Counted from the stretch's first letter, positions 1 through 12,238 are shown. The stretch: 64,000 nt of DNA from an uncultured Planctomycetota bacterium (GCA_963845755.1 CAWJTV010000043.1:56683-120682); one strand, 5' to 3'. Notes: generated by a model not told the origin, from the letters alone. A program made the numbers and translations.

Positions 1-182
1 TCCGTCGTCTCCGGGCAGTAATAGGGATCGGATGGGCTGGCACACTCGCCCCAGCCGACCACTCCGCCGGCCACCACCCGCACCAGGATATGGTCGAGAT
101 GTGCCTTGAGGCTGGAGCTCGTCTGGAACGGACGCACCAGCGGAAGACGGACAATTCTCAGCTCGATCTGCTCGATTAGCAT
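1..182 (-). CDS. 5' part of enolase-superfamily o-succinylbenzoate synthase / N-acylamino acid racemase (runs off window edge)
   Basis: Manual translation MLIEQIELRIVRLPLVRPFQTSSSLKAHLDHILVRVVAGGVVGWGECASPSDPYYCPETT matches the MenC/NAAAR N-terminal pattern (PL..PF.TS, GWGE, P.Y..ET); not in the ORF track. Confidence 0.75.
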   Translation of the reverse strand, partial: MLIEQIELRIVRLPLVRPFQTSSSLKAHLDHILVRVVAGGVVGWGECASPSDPYYCPETT

Positions 183-598
183 GCGTTCACTCGGTAAGCC
201 GTCAACACGAAGAAGCCCTTGGAGGCCCGTGGCTCTCCAGGATTCCTGATCCATTATCCGAACCAGGGCTCTCGAAGAAATCCCAGTTGGCCAGACGAGT
301 TGGCGGATCCTCGATTGGAGGGGGACCGTGCATTTTCGTGCGTTCTTCCCATTCGGCCTGTTGCCTGGTACTTGGAAGAACGCAGCCAGCGTGTTAAACT
401 CATGATTAACGTCAAAGGTTCTCGCGTCCTGGTCGCTTGAACGCGTCGTGCACTGAGATCCGGCTGGCCGTCTGTGACGTCCGCGTACGGCCCACGACCC
501 ATTCGACACCGGGCGGCTGCAACGACGGGCGAAGTTCGCAATCTGCTTGCTCGTACACCCACCTGCGCTCTCGCCTTGCTCACCAAGGAGCCGACATC

Positions 599-1978
599 AT
601 GACTGATTCGAACGACGGCGGCGTCCCGCCGCGATTTCCTCAAGACGACGGGAACGGTCGCCACGGCCTCGGCCCTTGCTGGCGTGACCGTTCCGTCGGT
701 GCATGCAGCATCCGACAACACCATGCGGGTGGCGCTGGTCGGCTGCGGCGGCCGGGGCACGGGTGCGGCCGCGAATGCCCTCAGTACCAAACAGGGGCCC
801 ATCAAGATCGTGGCGATGGCCGACGTTTTCAAGAATCGCCTGGACGACAGCTACGAGGAGCTGAAGAAGTCCCACGGCTCGCAGGTCGATGTGCCCAAGG
901 ATCGCCAGTTCATCGGGTTCGACGGCTATCAGAAGGCCATGGACTGCCTCAAGCCGGGTGATATCGTGATCCTCACGACCCCGCCGGCCTTCCGCTGGGT
1001 CCACTTTACCTACGCCATCGAGAAGGGAATCCATACCTTCATGGAGAAGCCGGTCACCGTCGATGGCCCGACGACCCGGAAGATGATGACTCTCGCCGAG
1101 GAGGCGAAGAAGAAGAACCTCAAGGTCGGCGTCGGCCTGATGTGCCGCCACTGTGAGGCGCGCCAGGAACTCTTCAATCGGATCAAGGACGGCGAGATCG
1201 GCGACATATTGATGCTTCGGGCCTACCGCCAGCATGGTCCGGTCGGTTCGGCGCTCACGGGCCCCAAGCCCGACGGCATCAGCGAGCTGATGTACCAGAT
1301 CAAGAATTTCCACGGATTCCTCTGGGCCAGCGGTGGCTGCTACAGCGATTTCTACATCCACAACATCGACGAATGCTGCTGGATGAAGGATAGCTGGCCC
1401 GTCTCGGCCAAGGGTACGGGTGCGCGCACCTACCGGGGCGACTACGTCGACCAGAATTTCGACACCTACTCGATCGAGTATACCTTCGGTGACGGCGCCA
1501 AGATGTTCCTGGAGGGACGGAACATCGATGGGTGCAACCAGGAGTTCGCCAGCTACGCGCGCACGGTTCCAAGGGCTGCGCGATCATCTCGTGGAACTCG
1601 CACAGCCCGGCCCGTTGCGCCATCTTCAAGGGGCAGAATTTCACCCGAGCCGACCGGGTCTGGGCCTTCCCACAACCGGAACCGAACCCCTACCAGGTCG
1701 AGTGGGACGACCTGATCCATGCCATCCATAAGGACAAGCTCTACAACGAGGTCCGGCGCGGGGCTGAGGCGAGCCTGGTCACGTCGATGGGCCGGATGGC
1801 CGCCCACACCGGACAGGTGGTGAAGTTCAGCGACATCCTCGAGTGCAAGAACGAGTTCGCGCCCCAGGTGGACAAGCTGACGCTGGCCAGCGCCGCCCCG
1901 ATCCAGCTCGATACCAAGACCAAGCGCTATCCTTTCCCGCAGCCCGGGATCATCCGCGACCGCGAATACCTGGTCTGA
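599..1978 (+). CDS. Tat-exported Gfo/Idh/MocA family oxidoreductase (two apparent frameshifts, ~615 and ~1558)
   Basis: SRRDFLK twin-Arg motif, ALVGCGGRG Rossmann motif, FMEKP, HNID; ORFs 684..1715 and 1532..1978 join at YAHGSKG. Confidence 0.85.
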
Positions 1979-1993
1979 TCCGTACCACTCGGC

Positions 1994-2028
1994 GGCGAGC
2001 CCCCCGAGCCCAAACCTGGGGGCTCGCC
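1994..2028 (+). terminator. GC-rich hairpin downstream of the oxidoreductase
   Basis: GGCGAGCCCCC...GGGGGCTCGCC inverted repeat about 15 nt after the stop; weak U-tract. Confidence 0.45.
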
Positions 2029-2366
2029 TGCTCTTCGATCAGATCGTTGGGTAAACGGCAAAGAAGTCTTAAGTACGGCATATATAAAATAGATAAAAAT
2101 CAATAGAAACATTAAATTCAATTATTTGGATTGGATCCTTTAGGCCTCGTGTTCGACCGTAGCTCGCCCACCTCTACGTGCACTTTATGCCTCTCGAAAG
2201 TTAGGGACTCCCTTCGATCTCCACCGGCTTGCGATCTGCATTTCGGGGCGGCATCGATCCGTGATGCAGCGGTTTTCTTGCAATTTCTTGGTGCATTTCG
2301 TGCTTTTCGAGGTTAGACTCTTCTTTCATTCCACTCGGACATTCTTCTCTGGGTCGCACCGAGATC

Positions 2367-3623
2367 ATGAGCACCGAATCAGGTAGCCCGAAGGTTGCAA
2401 GTTCGCGCATCGTCTCGATGGACCAGTTCCGCGGCTACACGGTCGCGGGGATGTTCCTGGTGAACTTCGTAGGCGGACTGGCGGCCTTCCCGGAGGTCCT
2501 CAAGCATCACAACGGTCATCCGTACTTCAGTTACGCCGACACGATCATGCCGAGTTTCATGTTCGCCGTCGGCTTCTCCTATCGGTTGACGACACTGAGA
2601 CGGCTCGCCCAGCAGGGGCCGGGGCGGACGTACGGACACGTGGTCATCCGCAGCCTTGCTCTGGTCCTCATCTCGCTCGTGATGTACATGGCCGGTGATA
2701 TCGAACCACTCAGGGATTGGTCGAAGGTGACCCCGAGAGCGACCTGGGAGCTGGTGGGCGAGTTACTGAAGGCGAATCTTTGGGAAGTGCTGGCGATCAT
2801 CGGAATCACCCAGATCCTGATCATGCCGGTCATTGCCGCGAGCACACGGGTCCGAACCCTGGCCTGGATCGGCTGTGCGGGAGTCCATTTGATCCTCTCG
2901 TATCTGTTCAACTTCGCGTTCGTCTACGGCACACCGAATGGTGTGGACAGCTTCCTCGGTTTGACCGGCCGGAGTGCGTGGGATGGCGGTTTCTTCGGGC
3001 CGATCGGCTGGGCGATCCCGATGCTGTTCGGCTCGCTGGCCTACGACGTCGTTTCGAGCCGGACCCCCTGGAACGCGACGGCTCGCCTGCTCGGCTCGGG
3101 GATCCTCCTGATGGGTGTCGGTTACGTCTTCAATTGCTTGGGGACGCTCTACGACACCGACAAGGGAATCTCGGTCGAGCTGATCGGCAAGGATGTCGCT
3201 GCCTCGCCGGTGATCCCTCCGTTGCGGAACGCACAGGGCCGTTCGTGGGAATCGCTCATGGCCACCCCTCCGTTCATGCAGCCGCCGCCGATCGACGTCC
3301 GGCCGCATAGCTACTGGTCGATGAACAAGAAGATGGTCAGCCTGCCGTTCACGTTGTTCTCGTCGGGCTTCGCGCTGGCCTTGTATGCCCTGTTCATTCC
3401 CTTGTGCGACGTGGTGGGGCTCCAGATCGGCTTCTTCCGCACGTTCGGCCAGAACCCGCTCGCCGCCTACGTCATCCATCACATGGTCGAAGGAGCCGTC
3501 CTGTCGGTGGTGCCCAAGAACTCTCCGCTCTGGTACGGCGTCGTGGGACTGGTCATCTTCTTCGCGATCACCTACCTGTTCGTACGATACCTGGAGAAGA
3601 ACAGGATCTACCTGAGGCTGTGA
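2367..3623 (+). CDS. HGSNAT-like (DUF5009/DUF1624-type) membrane acyltransferase
   Basis: [44 protein letters not shown]; multiple TM segments. Confidence 0.8.
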   Translation: MSTESGSPKVASSRIVSMDQFRGYTVAGMFLVNFVGGLAAFPEVLKHHNGHPYFSYADTIMPSFMFAVGFSYRLTTLRRLAQQGPGRTYGHVVIRSLALVLISLVMYMAGDIEPLRDWSKVTPRATWELVGELLKANLWEVLAIIGITQILIMPVIAASTRVRTLAWIGCAGVHLILSYLFNFAFVYGTPNGVDSFLGLTGRSAWDGGFFGPIGWAIPMLFGSLAYDVVSSRTPWNATARLLGSGILLMGVGYVFNCLGTLYDTDKGISVELIGKDVAASPVIPPLRNAQGRSWESLMATPPFMQPPPIDVRPHSYWSMNKKMVSLPFTLFSSGFALALYALFIPLCDVVGLQIGFFRTFGQNPLAAYVIHHMVEGAVLSVVPKNSPLWYGVVGLVIFFAITYLFVRYLEKNRIYLRL

Positions 3624-3770
3624 TTCCGCCGGCTCGACCTCAGTCTCGACCCGAGTGCCCTGAGCAACCGCGGCGCTGTCGCTCCACCGAATTGACGAGG
3701 CGGCAGAGATTCCGCTAGGTTGATACTCGGGGCATGTCGGTCGGTTGGACTTCCGTGGCGAGGCGGGCTC

Positions 3771-6660
3771 ATGCGGCCGAGGTGGCTCGCAGCGATCATC
3801 GCAACGCTTTCCGTCGCGGTACTGGCGACCTGGGGAACTCTGCGCGCCGTGGAGGACCGGCGTTGCCGGGGCCTGCTCGAGGAGGCCCGGCGCGAGATGG
3901 ACGGCGGACGGTACGGTGCGGCCCGGGCGAGGCTGAATGAGCTGTTGTCCCGTCGGCCGGAATGGGACGAGGCCCGATACAACCTGGGCGTCTGCGAACA
4001 GTCCCGCCAGCGCGTCCAGGCGGCATGGGACGCATTTGAGCGGGTGCCGAAAGACTCGCCGTGGGCCGGCTGGAGCGACGTGCGTCGATCGCGGATCGCC
4101 ATGGACCGCGGCCGTTTTTCCGACTGTGAAGATCTCCTGTTCCGCGCGACGGCGCGGCCAGGACCGCACAGGGCGGAAGCCAGGTGGGGCTTGGTGCTGC
4201 TCCTTCGAATGCAAGGGCGATTCGACGAGGCAAAGCGGTGTCTCCAGGCGGGTTTCGACCAGATGAGTTCGCCCGTGACAACGCTCCAGCGCCTTTACAA
4301 GATCGATAACGACCCCTTCCCGATCGAGGGAGTCCGCCGAGGACTGGACCGTGCCGGCGCAGGCACCCGATGACGATCGCGTCTGGCTGGCCCGGGCTCA
4401 CCTGGCGATCCGGCTCGGCGATTTCGAAGAGGCCCGGCAGTGGCTCGATCGCTGCCTGGCCCGCCGTCCTGAGGACCCGGCTGTCTGGCGGATGAAGCTG
4501 CAATGGGCTCTCGCCTGCGACCGACCCGAGGAGGTGAGGACCGTCCTACCGCACCTCCCAGCCGACGAGGAACCGGTGGACCGGGTCCTGTCCCTTCGGG
4601 TCTGGATGGCCGCGCACCAGCACGACCGCGAGACCCAGCGCCGCGCCTTGAAAACCTGGGTCGAGCTCGATCCGACCAACGGAGTGGCGCGAGAACAGCT
4701 CGCCGAGCTGGAACGGGCTGATGGTCATTTTCGCGAGGCCGATGCCCAGCGAAGCTCGGTCCGTGCTCTGGACCAGCTCCGCAAAGAATACACACGACGA
4801 CTCGCCACGACATCGCCCCGGTCGCACGCCAACGAGCTCGCACGGCTGGCGAGTCAGCTCGGCCGCCCGTTCGACGCCGACAGGTGGATGGAACTCTCGG
4901 GCCAGAAAACGCCCAACGCCTCTCCATCGCCCCGCGATCCGGTCGTTGTTCCGGGCCCTGGACCGCGAACAACATTGGCCGACCTCCTCTCGGACATCGG
5001 ATCAGCCGAAAACGTAGATCAGGCGGTCGCATCGCAGCGGGTCCTGCCGCGATTCATCGATTATGCCTCCCAGTCGGGCTTGGCTTTCGTCCATGAGAAC
5101 GGTGGTGCGCGGGCGCGGCTCATTCCTCCCGTCACGGCCAGCGGCGGCGTGGGACTGATCGATTTCGATGGTGACGGCTGGCTCGACGTTTACCTGGTTC
5201 AGGGTGGGCCGTTCCCTCCGCGGTCGAGGACATCCCGGACCGGCGATCGCCTCTTCCACAACCGGGGAAATGGGACCTTCGAGGACGCCACCGGCCCATC
5301 CGGGATCGGCTCGATGCTCGGGGGATACGGCCATGGAGTCACCGTCGGCGATTACGACAACGACGGCCGCCCCGACCTGTTCGTCACCCGGTGGAAATCC
5401 TATGCCCTCTATCGGAACCGAGGTGATGGGACATTCGAGGACGTGACCGCGAAAGCCGGCCTGGAGGGCGATCGGGACTGGCCGACCTCGGCCGCTTTCG
5501 CCGACCTCGATGGCGATGGCGATCTCGACCTGTATGTTTGCCATTACATGAAGTGGGACGAGAACCAGACCAATACCTGCGCCGACCCGAACGACCCGAC
5601 GATCTACCGATGTCTTCCGCTCGACTTCGAGGCCCTACCGGACCACCTGTTCCGCAATGACGGCGGCCGCTTCATGGACGTGACCGCGGAGGCGGGGATC
5701 GTGGACCGAAATGGTCGGGGACTGGGGGTGCTCGCGGCCGACCTCGACGAAGACGGCCGGATCGACCTGTTCGTCGCCAACGACATGACGGCCAACTACT
5801 GGTTCCGGAACCTCGGAGGGCTGCGTTTCGAGGAGGTGGCCCAAACCGCGGGAGTGGCCGCCAACGCGTCAGGTTCCTATCAAGCCGGGATGGGCGTGGC
5901 CTGCGGCGACCTGGATGGGGACGGCCACCTCGACCTGGCGGTCACGAACTTCTACAACGAGTTCGACCTCGTTCTTCCGGAACTTTGGCCAGGGCTTTTT
6001 CGGCGAGCAGGCCGCGGCCGTGGGAATCGCCGGTCCCAGCCGTTACGTCCTCGGTTTCGGGATCGCCTTTGTCGATGCCAACAACGACGGCTGGCCCGAC
6101 CTGATCACCGCCAATGGCCACGTCCACGACGGCCGCCCCCAGTTCCCCTGGATGATGCCGACCCAACTTTTTCTCAACGACGGTCGCGGCAAGATGATGG
6201 ACGTCACCAAGCGGTCCGGCCCTCCGTTTCAGGTTCCACGCATGGGCGCGGACTGGCCGTTGGAGACATCGATAACGACGGACGGCCCGATGTCATGGTC
6301 GTCTCTCAGAACGAACCGGTCGTCTTATTCCACAATCAGACCGACGGGGGCCATTTCCTCACCTTCCGCCTGGAGGGTTCCCCTTCCAATCGCGATGCCG
6401 TCGGTGCCTTGGTCTCGGTCCACTGCGAGGGACGCATCCGGATCGTCACCTCGTCTCGGAGGCGGAAGCTACCAGTCCGCTGGCGATCCGAGGTTCCATT
6501 TCGGACTGGGTGCAGTCCCGGCAAGTCGATCGGGTTGAGGTGCGGTGGCCCTCGGGACGCGTCGACCACTACACCAACCTCGCCGTCGATACGGGTTACC
6601 TGCTCCGCGAGGGTGCCTCCGCGGTCCGGTCCCCTGGCCGGATGGCGGTCGTTGCAATGA
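3771..6660 (+). CDS. TPR + FG-GAP/ASPIC-UnbV (CRTAC1-like) protein, several indels (~4358, ~5962, ~6246, ~6450, ~6520); 3' end approximate
   Basis: N-terminal TM anchor, TPR repeats, repeated DxDGDGxLD motifs, GGGSYQSA.D.R.HFGLG and EVRWPSG UnbV motifs spread over consecutive frames. Confidence 0.85.
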
Positions 6661-6865
6661 GCGATCCGGATCGTCGGCTCATGACACGTGATTCGATTTC
6701 GAAGGTTGGCCACAACCCGAAGGCCATCGAGAAGGCCCTTGCAAGATCCGGACAAAACGACCTGTCGCGGATCTCTTAATGCAATCCAGCCCGTTGACAA
6801 CCTCGACAGGCGCCAGAATCCACGGCGGAAATGCGAGACGATGTCCCTCCTCCGTGGGGGTCGCC

Positions 6866-7405
6866 ATGAAACGAATCGGGCTCTCGGTCACCTGCCTGAT
6901 GGCCCTTGTCGCGATCGTCGCGATTGATACCGCGGTGATCCCGGCCCTCCAACGTGTGATAATCGCGTCGACACGGATTGGTCTGTTCTCGGCGCTGGCG
7001 ATGGCGCATGTCCTGGCGCTTTGTCTGGTAATCGTGGTCTCGAGCCTTGTTCGTCGCGGTGAGGTTGCCCTCTCTCCCGTCATGTTTCTGTTATTCGGTG
7101 GTACGGCGATGCTGCTCCTTATCACCATCGCTGACCTGGCACCTCATTTCTTCTGGGCGTACGTGAACAACACGGCCGGCCTGCTGGATCCTCCAGGAAA
7201 CTTCAGCATCGCCAATCTCGGGATCACCGAGCTCGCCTTCGTCCCGGCCGTACTCGTTTGCAGTGTGTTGACCCTGCCGCTCCTGGTTCCCGGGTGGCTC
7301 GCGGCCCGGGCAACTCGCGGTTATCGCCTCAAACTCCGGAAAGGACCGAATGCCGCGGCCGCCGCGGAACGTCCGTCGCCCGACCAACCGCGAGGCAGTC
7401 AATGA
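6866..7405 (+). CDS. Hypothetical 4-TM membrane protein, copy 1
   Basis: MKRIGLSVTCLMALVAIVAID...; highly similar to 7629..8165. Confidence 0.7.
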   Translation: MKRIGLSVTCLMALVAIVAIDTAVIPALQRVIIASTRIGLFSALAMAHVLALCLVIVVSSLVRRGEVALSPVMFLLFGGTAMLLLITIADLAPHFFWAYVNNTAGLLDPPGNFSIANLGITELAFVPAVLVCSVLTLPLLVPGWLAARATRGYRLKLRKGPNAAAAAERPSPDQPRGSQ

Positions 7406-7628
7406 GCCAAGGATCCAGCGCCCGTTGCGCTCCGGATGCACGCGAACGAGGCGATCCGAGAACCTGGCGTGGAGCGGCTCGCTCTTGTAGAGCGGCATGA
7501 GGCAAGCAACGCAGCCTTTCGCCGGGGGGGACTCTGCATCTAACCCGGCCTATTGACAACCGTGGTGGACCGGTCCCAGAATTCACGCGGCAAGTCCGAG
7601 ACGATGTCCGACTGCCAGGGGGTATGCC

Positions 7629-8165
7629 ATGAAACACATCCGGATCTCGGTCGCCGGATTGATGGCTCTTGTCGCGATCATCGCGATTGATATCGCGGTG
7701 ATCCCGGCCCTCGGACACGTGCAGTCCGCGTTGACTCGGCTTGGTCTGTTCACGGTGCTGGTGATGGCTCACATCCTGGCGATTTATCTGGTGATCGTGG
7801 TCTCGAGCCTTGTCCGTCGCAGTGAGGTTGCCCTCTCTCCCATCCTGTTCCTGTTATTCTGTGGAACGGGGATGCTGGTCCTCGTCTACATCGCCGACCT
7901 GGCACCTCATTTCTTCTGGTCGTACCTCCACAACACGGCGGGCCTCCTGAAAGGTCCAAACCGTGGCGTCGGCGTTCCCAGGAGGAGCGGAATGGCCCTG
8001 ATCGAGCCCCTTGTCGATTGCGGCGTCTTGACCTTTTCACTCCTGATTCCCGGGTTGCTCGCGGCATGGACAACTCGCGGTTATCGCCTCCAGCTCTTGG
8101 AAGGCCCCGATGCCGCGGGTGCCGCGGAACGTCCGTCGTTCGACCAACCGCGAGCCAGTCACTGA
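7629..8165 (+). CDS. Hypothetical 4-TM membrane protein, copy 2
   Basis: MKHIRISVAGLMALVAIIAID...; shares VIVVSSLVRR.EVALSP, IADLAPHFFW and TRGYRL with copy 1. Confidence 0.7.
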   Translation: MKHIRISVAGLMALVAIIAIDIAVIPALGHVQSALTRLGLFTVLVMAHILAIYLVIVVSSLVRRSEVALSPILFLLFCGTGMLVLVYIADLAPHFFWSYLHNTAGLLKGPNRGVGVPRRSGMALIEPLVDCGVLTFSLLIPGLLAAWTTRGYRLQLLEGPDAAGAAERPSFDQPRASH

Positions 8166-10045
8166 GCCCGGGATTCCGCGCCCTTGCGCTCCGGATGCAC
8201 GCGGATGTAGTGGTCCGTGAACGTGGCATGGAGCGGCTTGCTCTCGTATGGCGGCATGTGGCAGCCGACGCAGCCTTTCGCCGGATTGACCGGACAGATC
8301 CGGCCCTGATGAGTCCGCATCGTTGATCCGGGAGGGGCGCCACCGGCCTTGCCGGCCGGGGGGGAATGGCAGCTCACGCATCTTCGAGTGTAATGTTCCT
8401 CGGAGCGGTCGGAGTCGTGGTGTGGGTTGTGACAGGTCATGCAGTCGAACGCGCCTTCACTATCGGTGTAACAACGGCTCCACGACACGGTCGTACCCTG
8501 GAACCGGATCCAGAAGGGATCGGTTCGCGGCAAGGGCGAAGGCTGGTGATGGCTATGGCACTGGCCGCACAGGCGGAGTCGACCCTCGGCCGGGGCCTGT
8601 GCCGGATCGACGATCGCCAGATCGGGGAATCTGACCTCGACCGCCTTTTCGTGGTTCGCCCCGGGCCCGTGACAGCGCTCGCAACCGATTCCTCGATCCT
8701 TCGACTCCGACCCCGCCTCGTCGAGCACGGCCCTGGGGTTGGTCGCATGGCAGAAGAGGCACTGGAATGGCCCATCCACGCTGTCTAGCGGCTTGCCGAG
8801 GAAGTCTCGCCCTTCGCCCGCATCGGCGGCGTGTCCGGTGGTCCGGACCCACCCCGAAACGGGGCCGTTCTGGTAGCGTGAAAGCCGCAGGACGTGAAAA
8901 ACTCCCCGGTCGTCGGGGCCGACGAGCGACATGTAGTGGTCGGGCGATCCGAACGCGTATTCGACGATGGCTCGCTGCACCTGGTCCTTGACTCGCGTCT
9001 CGAACTGGACCTGGTCAGTTTGCTGTCGGATCGTGTGGGAGACCGTGGGATCATCGGGATCGGGGATGGCTACCGCCGGGAATGGAAGGCGGGTAAGTTG
9101 CTGCCCGCGCACGAGCGTCGAGGCATGACGGCTGGCCTGCACGGCCCGAAAGACGTCGCGATGGCACTCGGCGCAACGGCCCTCGCCGAGGAAAGGGCTG
9201 GGCTCGGACTCCAACGGATGGTCCGCCCGATAGGAGCCCGAGTCCCGGAGCGCGGTGGTCGCCTCGGGGATGGCTCCCATCTGCAAGTTGGCGCGGCTCA
9301 AGAGCCAGGCGGCCTGCGAGTCAGGTCCCGCAATGAGGATGCTACGAAGGAGATCGTGGGCTTCATTGGACCGGCCGGTTTGCAAGAGGGTCCGGGCGAG
9401 GAGGTTCCGATAGCGAGTGGCCATCGGACGATCCAGGCGCGCCGCCTCCGGTCGCCCCAGCGCCTGACGGAGCACCGTCGCGGCGCCGGAGGGGTCGCTC
9501 TGCTCGGCACGGAGTGCACCCAGGTCCAGCTCGCCGCGCAATTCCCAACCCAGTTGACGTGACAGTCGCTCGGCGAGGTGGGCAGCTTCGCCCAGACGAT
9601 TCTGCGCCGTGTCACGGATGATGAGCTGTTCGATCGTCTCGGCATGGTCGGGCTGGAGCTGTAGGGCCTTCCTCCAGAGGCCTTCGGCCGCCTCCTTCTG
9701 GCCGGCCCGATCGAGGCCCAGGCCCAGCAAGTAGAGGTCCTCGGCTTGCAGGGCCGACGAGCCCAGCCGTGCAAACAAGGCGTTCGCCGAGGTGTCGCGA
9801 CCGAGCCGAGCCGTCGCTCGGGCCAGGTAGCGTAGGGCCTCGATATCCTCGGGAGACGTCCTCAATCGCGTACGAGCCAGATCCGATGCGAGGCTCCAGT
9901 CCCGCGCGGCGTAGGCCATTGCGATCTGAGACCATTGGTCCGAGTCGGTCCTGGACCATTTCCAGGCCACGACTGCACCCAGCCCAGTCAGAAGGCACAA
10001 CCCGAACGCGATCCCCGCCCAGATGGCCCTGCGTTGCACGATCAT
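8159..10045 (-). CDS. TPR-containing multiheme c-type cytochrome (c554-like domain)
   Basis: N-terminal TM, TPR region, seven CxxCH motifs (CAECH, CLFCH, CERCH, CGQCH, CMTCH, CVSCH, CVGCH), GIGCERCHGPG. Confidence 0.9.
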   Translation of the reverse strand: MIVQRRAIWAGIAFGLCLLTGLGAVVAWKWSRTDSDQWSQIAMAYAARDWSLASDLARTRLRTSPEDIEALRYLARATARLGRDTSANALFARLGSSALQAEDLYLLGLGLDRAGQKEAAEGLWRKALQLQPDHAETIEQLIIRDTAQNRLGEAAHLAERLSRQLGWELRGELDLGALRAEQSDPSGAATVLRQALGRPEAARLDRPMATRYRNLLARTLLQTGRSNEAHDLLRSILIAGPDSQAAWLLSRANLQMGAIPEATTALRDSGSYRADHPLESEPSPFLGEGRCAECHRDVFRAVQASRHASTLVRGQQLTRLPFPAVAIPDPDDPTVSHTIRQQTDQVQFETRVKDQVQRAIVEYAFGSPDHYMSLVGPDDRGVFHVLRLSRYQNGPVSGWVRTTGHAADAGEGRDFLGKPLDSVDGPFQCLFCHATNPRAVLDEAGSESKDRGIGCERCHGPGANHEKAVEVRFPDLAIVDPAQAPAEGRLRLCGQCHSHHQPSPLPRTDPFWIRFQGTTVSWSRCYTDSEGAFDCMTCHNPHHDSDRSEEHYTRRCVSCHSPPAGKAGGAPPGSTMRTHQGRICPVNPAKGCVGCHMPPYESKPLHATFTDHYIRVHPERKGAESRAQ

Positions 10046-10107
10046 CGGCTCGCCTCGATTGCGCCTTCCCGAGGGAGGAATTGCTCCAGAGCGATTCGTC
10101 CAGTCTC

Positions 10108-11279
10108 TCAATAGGCAAGCACGTTGGGAACCACGGAATCCATCAGATGTTGGATGATGCTTGCCACGGCTCCTTGCCGCTTGCTTCCCTTGGCGCGGAC
10201 GAGTCGGCAGTCGGCGAAAGAGGGGGAAAGCGCCCGCCTGCGGGTCTCATCCCGGACGCGCCCGAACAGACGCTCGTCGGCATCGAAGATCTGGCCATGG
10301 ATAAACAATGTGGACGGGTTGAAGATGTTGATGACCGTGGCCAGGCCGATCGCCAGGTATCGGATCAGTTCCTGGCATTCCTCCTCCGGATCGAGCTCGC
10401 CCGATCGGACGAGGCGGATCACCTCGTCGATATCGACGGGACGGCCGAGTCGCTCGGAGACCCGCGAGGCCAGCGCGGTGTCGCTGGCGACCGTCTCGAG
10501 GCAACCGTGATTGCCGCAGCCGCAAGGACGTCCTTCGGGAGATACCGTGATATGGCCAATCTCACCGGCGAACCCGCTGTGCCCCCGCACGAGCCGCCCC
10601 CCGCTCATCACGCCCATCCCGACTCCGGAGCTCACGTCGAGGATCGCGAAGTCATCGAGGCCGCCGGCCCGGCCGAAATGACGTTCCGCCAGGCAAAGGG
10701 CATCCTGGTCCTGGACCATGATACATTCCAGCCCAAGCCGCTCGCCCAGATCGCGGCCCGGCGAACGGCCGTCGATCACGTGGACATTTGGCGACAGGAT
10801 GTCCAGGCCCCGGCGGTGGTCGATCAAACCGGGAACCGTCACCCCGACGCCGAACGTCCTCACGCCGGGCCGCGCCATCAGGGCGAGCGCATGAGTGACC
10901 AGGGCGTCGATCAAGTCCGTATAGGTGCCCTGGGTCTCGACCCAGTGCATCCGTTCTTCGTCGAGCTCGCCGTCAAGGCCGGTCAACACGACGCAGCAGC
11001 GGCCGATGTCGATCACCACGCCCAGCACCTGGGCCGTCTCGGTCGCGAGCCGGAGTTTTACGGCGGGGCGGCCGATAACCGGCGTGTTTCCTTCCAGCTC
11101 CTCCAGGAGGCCCGCCTTCATGAGCGAAGCGACCGCCTTCGAAACCGTCGCGCACTAAGCCCCGAGTGGCGGACGACATCGGCCCGCGACGACGGGCCCT
11201 GCTCCCGGATCACGCGCAACACCTGACGCTCGTTCATCTTGGCGAGATAGACATGCTGTGAGCTTGATGCGATAGTCAC
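10108..11279 (-). CDS. ROK-family transcriptional regulator (XylR/NagC-like), indel at ~11150
   Basis: HTH N-terminus (NERQVL..IRE.GPSSRADV..SGLS[APT]VS..V.SL), GRP motif, GEIGH...CGCGNHGCLE zinc site. Confidence 0.9.
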
Positions 11280-11428
11280 CGAATCGCCTCGTCTTCCGGC
11301 CCCGAGTCTCCTGGATCGTTCCCCGCGCCAATACCACGAACCGCAGGGCTGACCTGGATACCGATGATCCGTTACTAAACGGATCATCTGAATAGAAGCC
11401 TCTTAATCCCGATCTCAGTCTTCATCAG

Positions 11429-11487
11429 ACTTTCTAAGAGAATCTTAATAAGTACCCTTGACAAAGTAAATCGTGCGGGGCTGTAAT
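11429..11487 (+). promoter_or_regulatory. Candidate ROK operator next to a sigma70-like promoter for the lipoprotein-DUF1559 unit
   Basis: AT-rich dyad ACTTtcTAAGAgaaTCTTAatAAGT (11429-11453) just upstream of TTGACA (11458-11463) and TGTAAT (11482-11487). Confidence 0.55.
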
Positions 11488-11989
11488 AGCTTTGAGCACG
11501 GTCGAGAACTCTCTGAGAATCCGAGAATCTCTTTCGCCTTCTCCGAATCGGAGCGAGCCCGGCAGTCTCGAGACGGATTGACGTCGTCTTCCGATTACTG
11601 ATACAAAGAACATCGTCGATTTCCGTGGATCCTGTTGATAATCCCGATGTTGCGCATCGCCGGAACGTGCGTCCGGCCACGAGCATGGGCGAGATTCCAT
11701 GTCGGTTCGCCACGCTCGCGAAGATCGTCTCTGATACGACGAATACGCTCGAAGTTGGTCGTACTCGAATCAATCGTTGTAAGATGCAATCTCGCAATGG
11801 CTTCGAGGCCCGATTCGCGAGTGTCGCTCAAGACAACCCACGTCCGTGAGCTGAAGGAAACCGGCCGTCGCGATCGATTTCGATAGATGCGTGGTGGGTT
11901 CGGATGGTGATCGCTCGTCAAAGCATCGGATCGGGAATGCCATCTTGTCAGCGACACGTTGTGCGATCTGAATGGGAAAGGACCAGCTT

Positions 11990-12238
11990 ATGAGTCGGGT
12001 GCGGCGTTTCGGCGGGATGGCATCGGCTTGGGCCGTCGTCCTCGGTGTCGGTCTGATCGCAGCCGGTTGTGGCGGCCAAGGCGGTTCATCGAACCCGGCG
12101 CCCCTAACCCAGCCCGAAGCCGCCTCAACCTCTCCTTCCACGAAGTCCAAGGTCAAAGGATTGGCCGAAGGGGGAGACAGGACCGTTCGGGATCGGAGGA
12201 ACGATCGGCTCAAGTCGAAGAATGCGGAGGGGAAGTGA
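11990..12238 (+). CDS. Small lipoprotein (DUF1559 partner)
   Basis: Signal peptide with lipobox LIAAGC followed by a low-complexity, basic tail. Confidence 0.65.
   Translation: MSRVRRFGGMASAWAVVLGVGLIAAGCGGQGGSSNPAPLTQPEAASTSPSTKSKVKGLAEGGDRTVRDRRNDRLKSKNAEGK

Larger units (their letters stand above)
6780..8285. repeat. Diverged tandem duplication of an ~750 bp unit (upstream TTGACA region + membrane gene + 3' end of the cytochrome gene)
   Basis: ~6780-7525 aligns by eye with ~7535-8285, e.g. CCCGTTGCGCTCCGGATGCACGCG vs CCCTTGCGCTCCGGATGCACGCG and ACGCAGCCTTTCGCCGG in both. Confidence 0.85.

Noticed and set aside
2060..2130. Very AT-rich patch as origin or foreign DNA
   Set aside because: Only ~70 bp with no DnaA boxes or repeats recognised; probably promoter/UP-type sequence
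6780..8285. Diversity-generating retroelement TR/VR pair
   Set aside because: Differences are not adenine-specific, the repeat covers a whole gene plus flanks, and no reverse transcriptase is present
2763..11226. Long antisense ORFs (e.g. 2763..4214, 9769..11226; also 30417..31658 and 43188..44303)
   Set aside because: Shadow frames of real genes in high-GC DNA with no recognisable motifs
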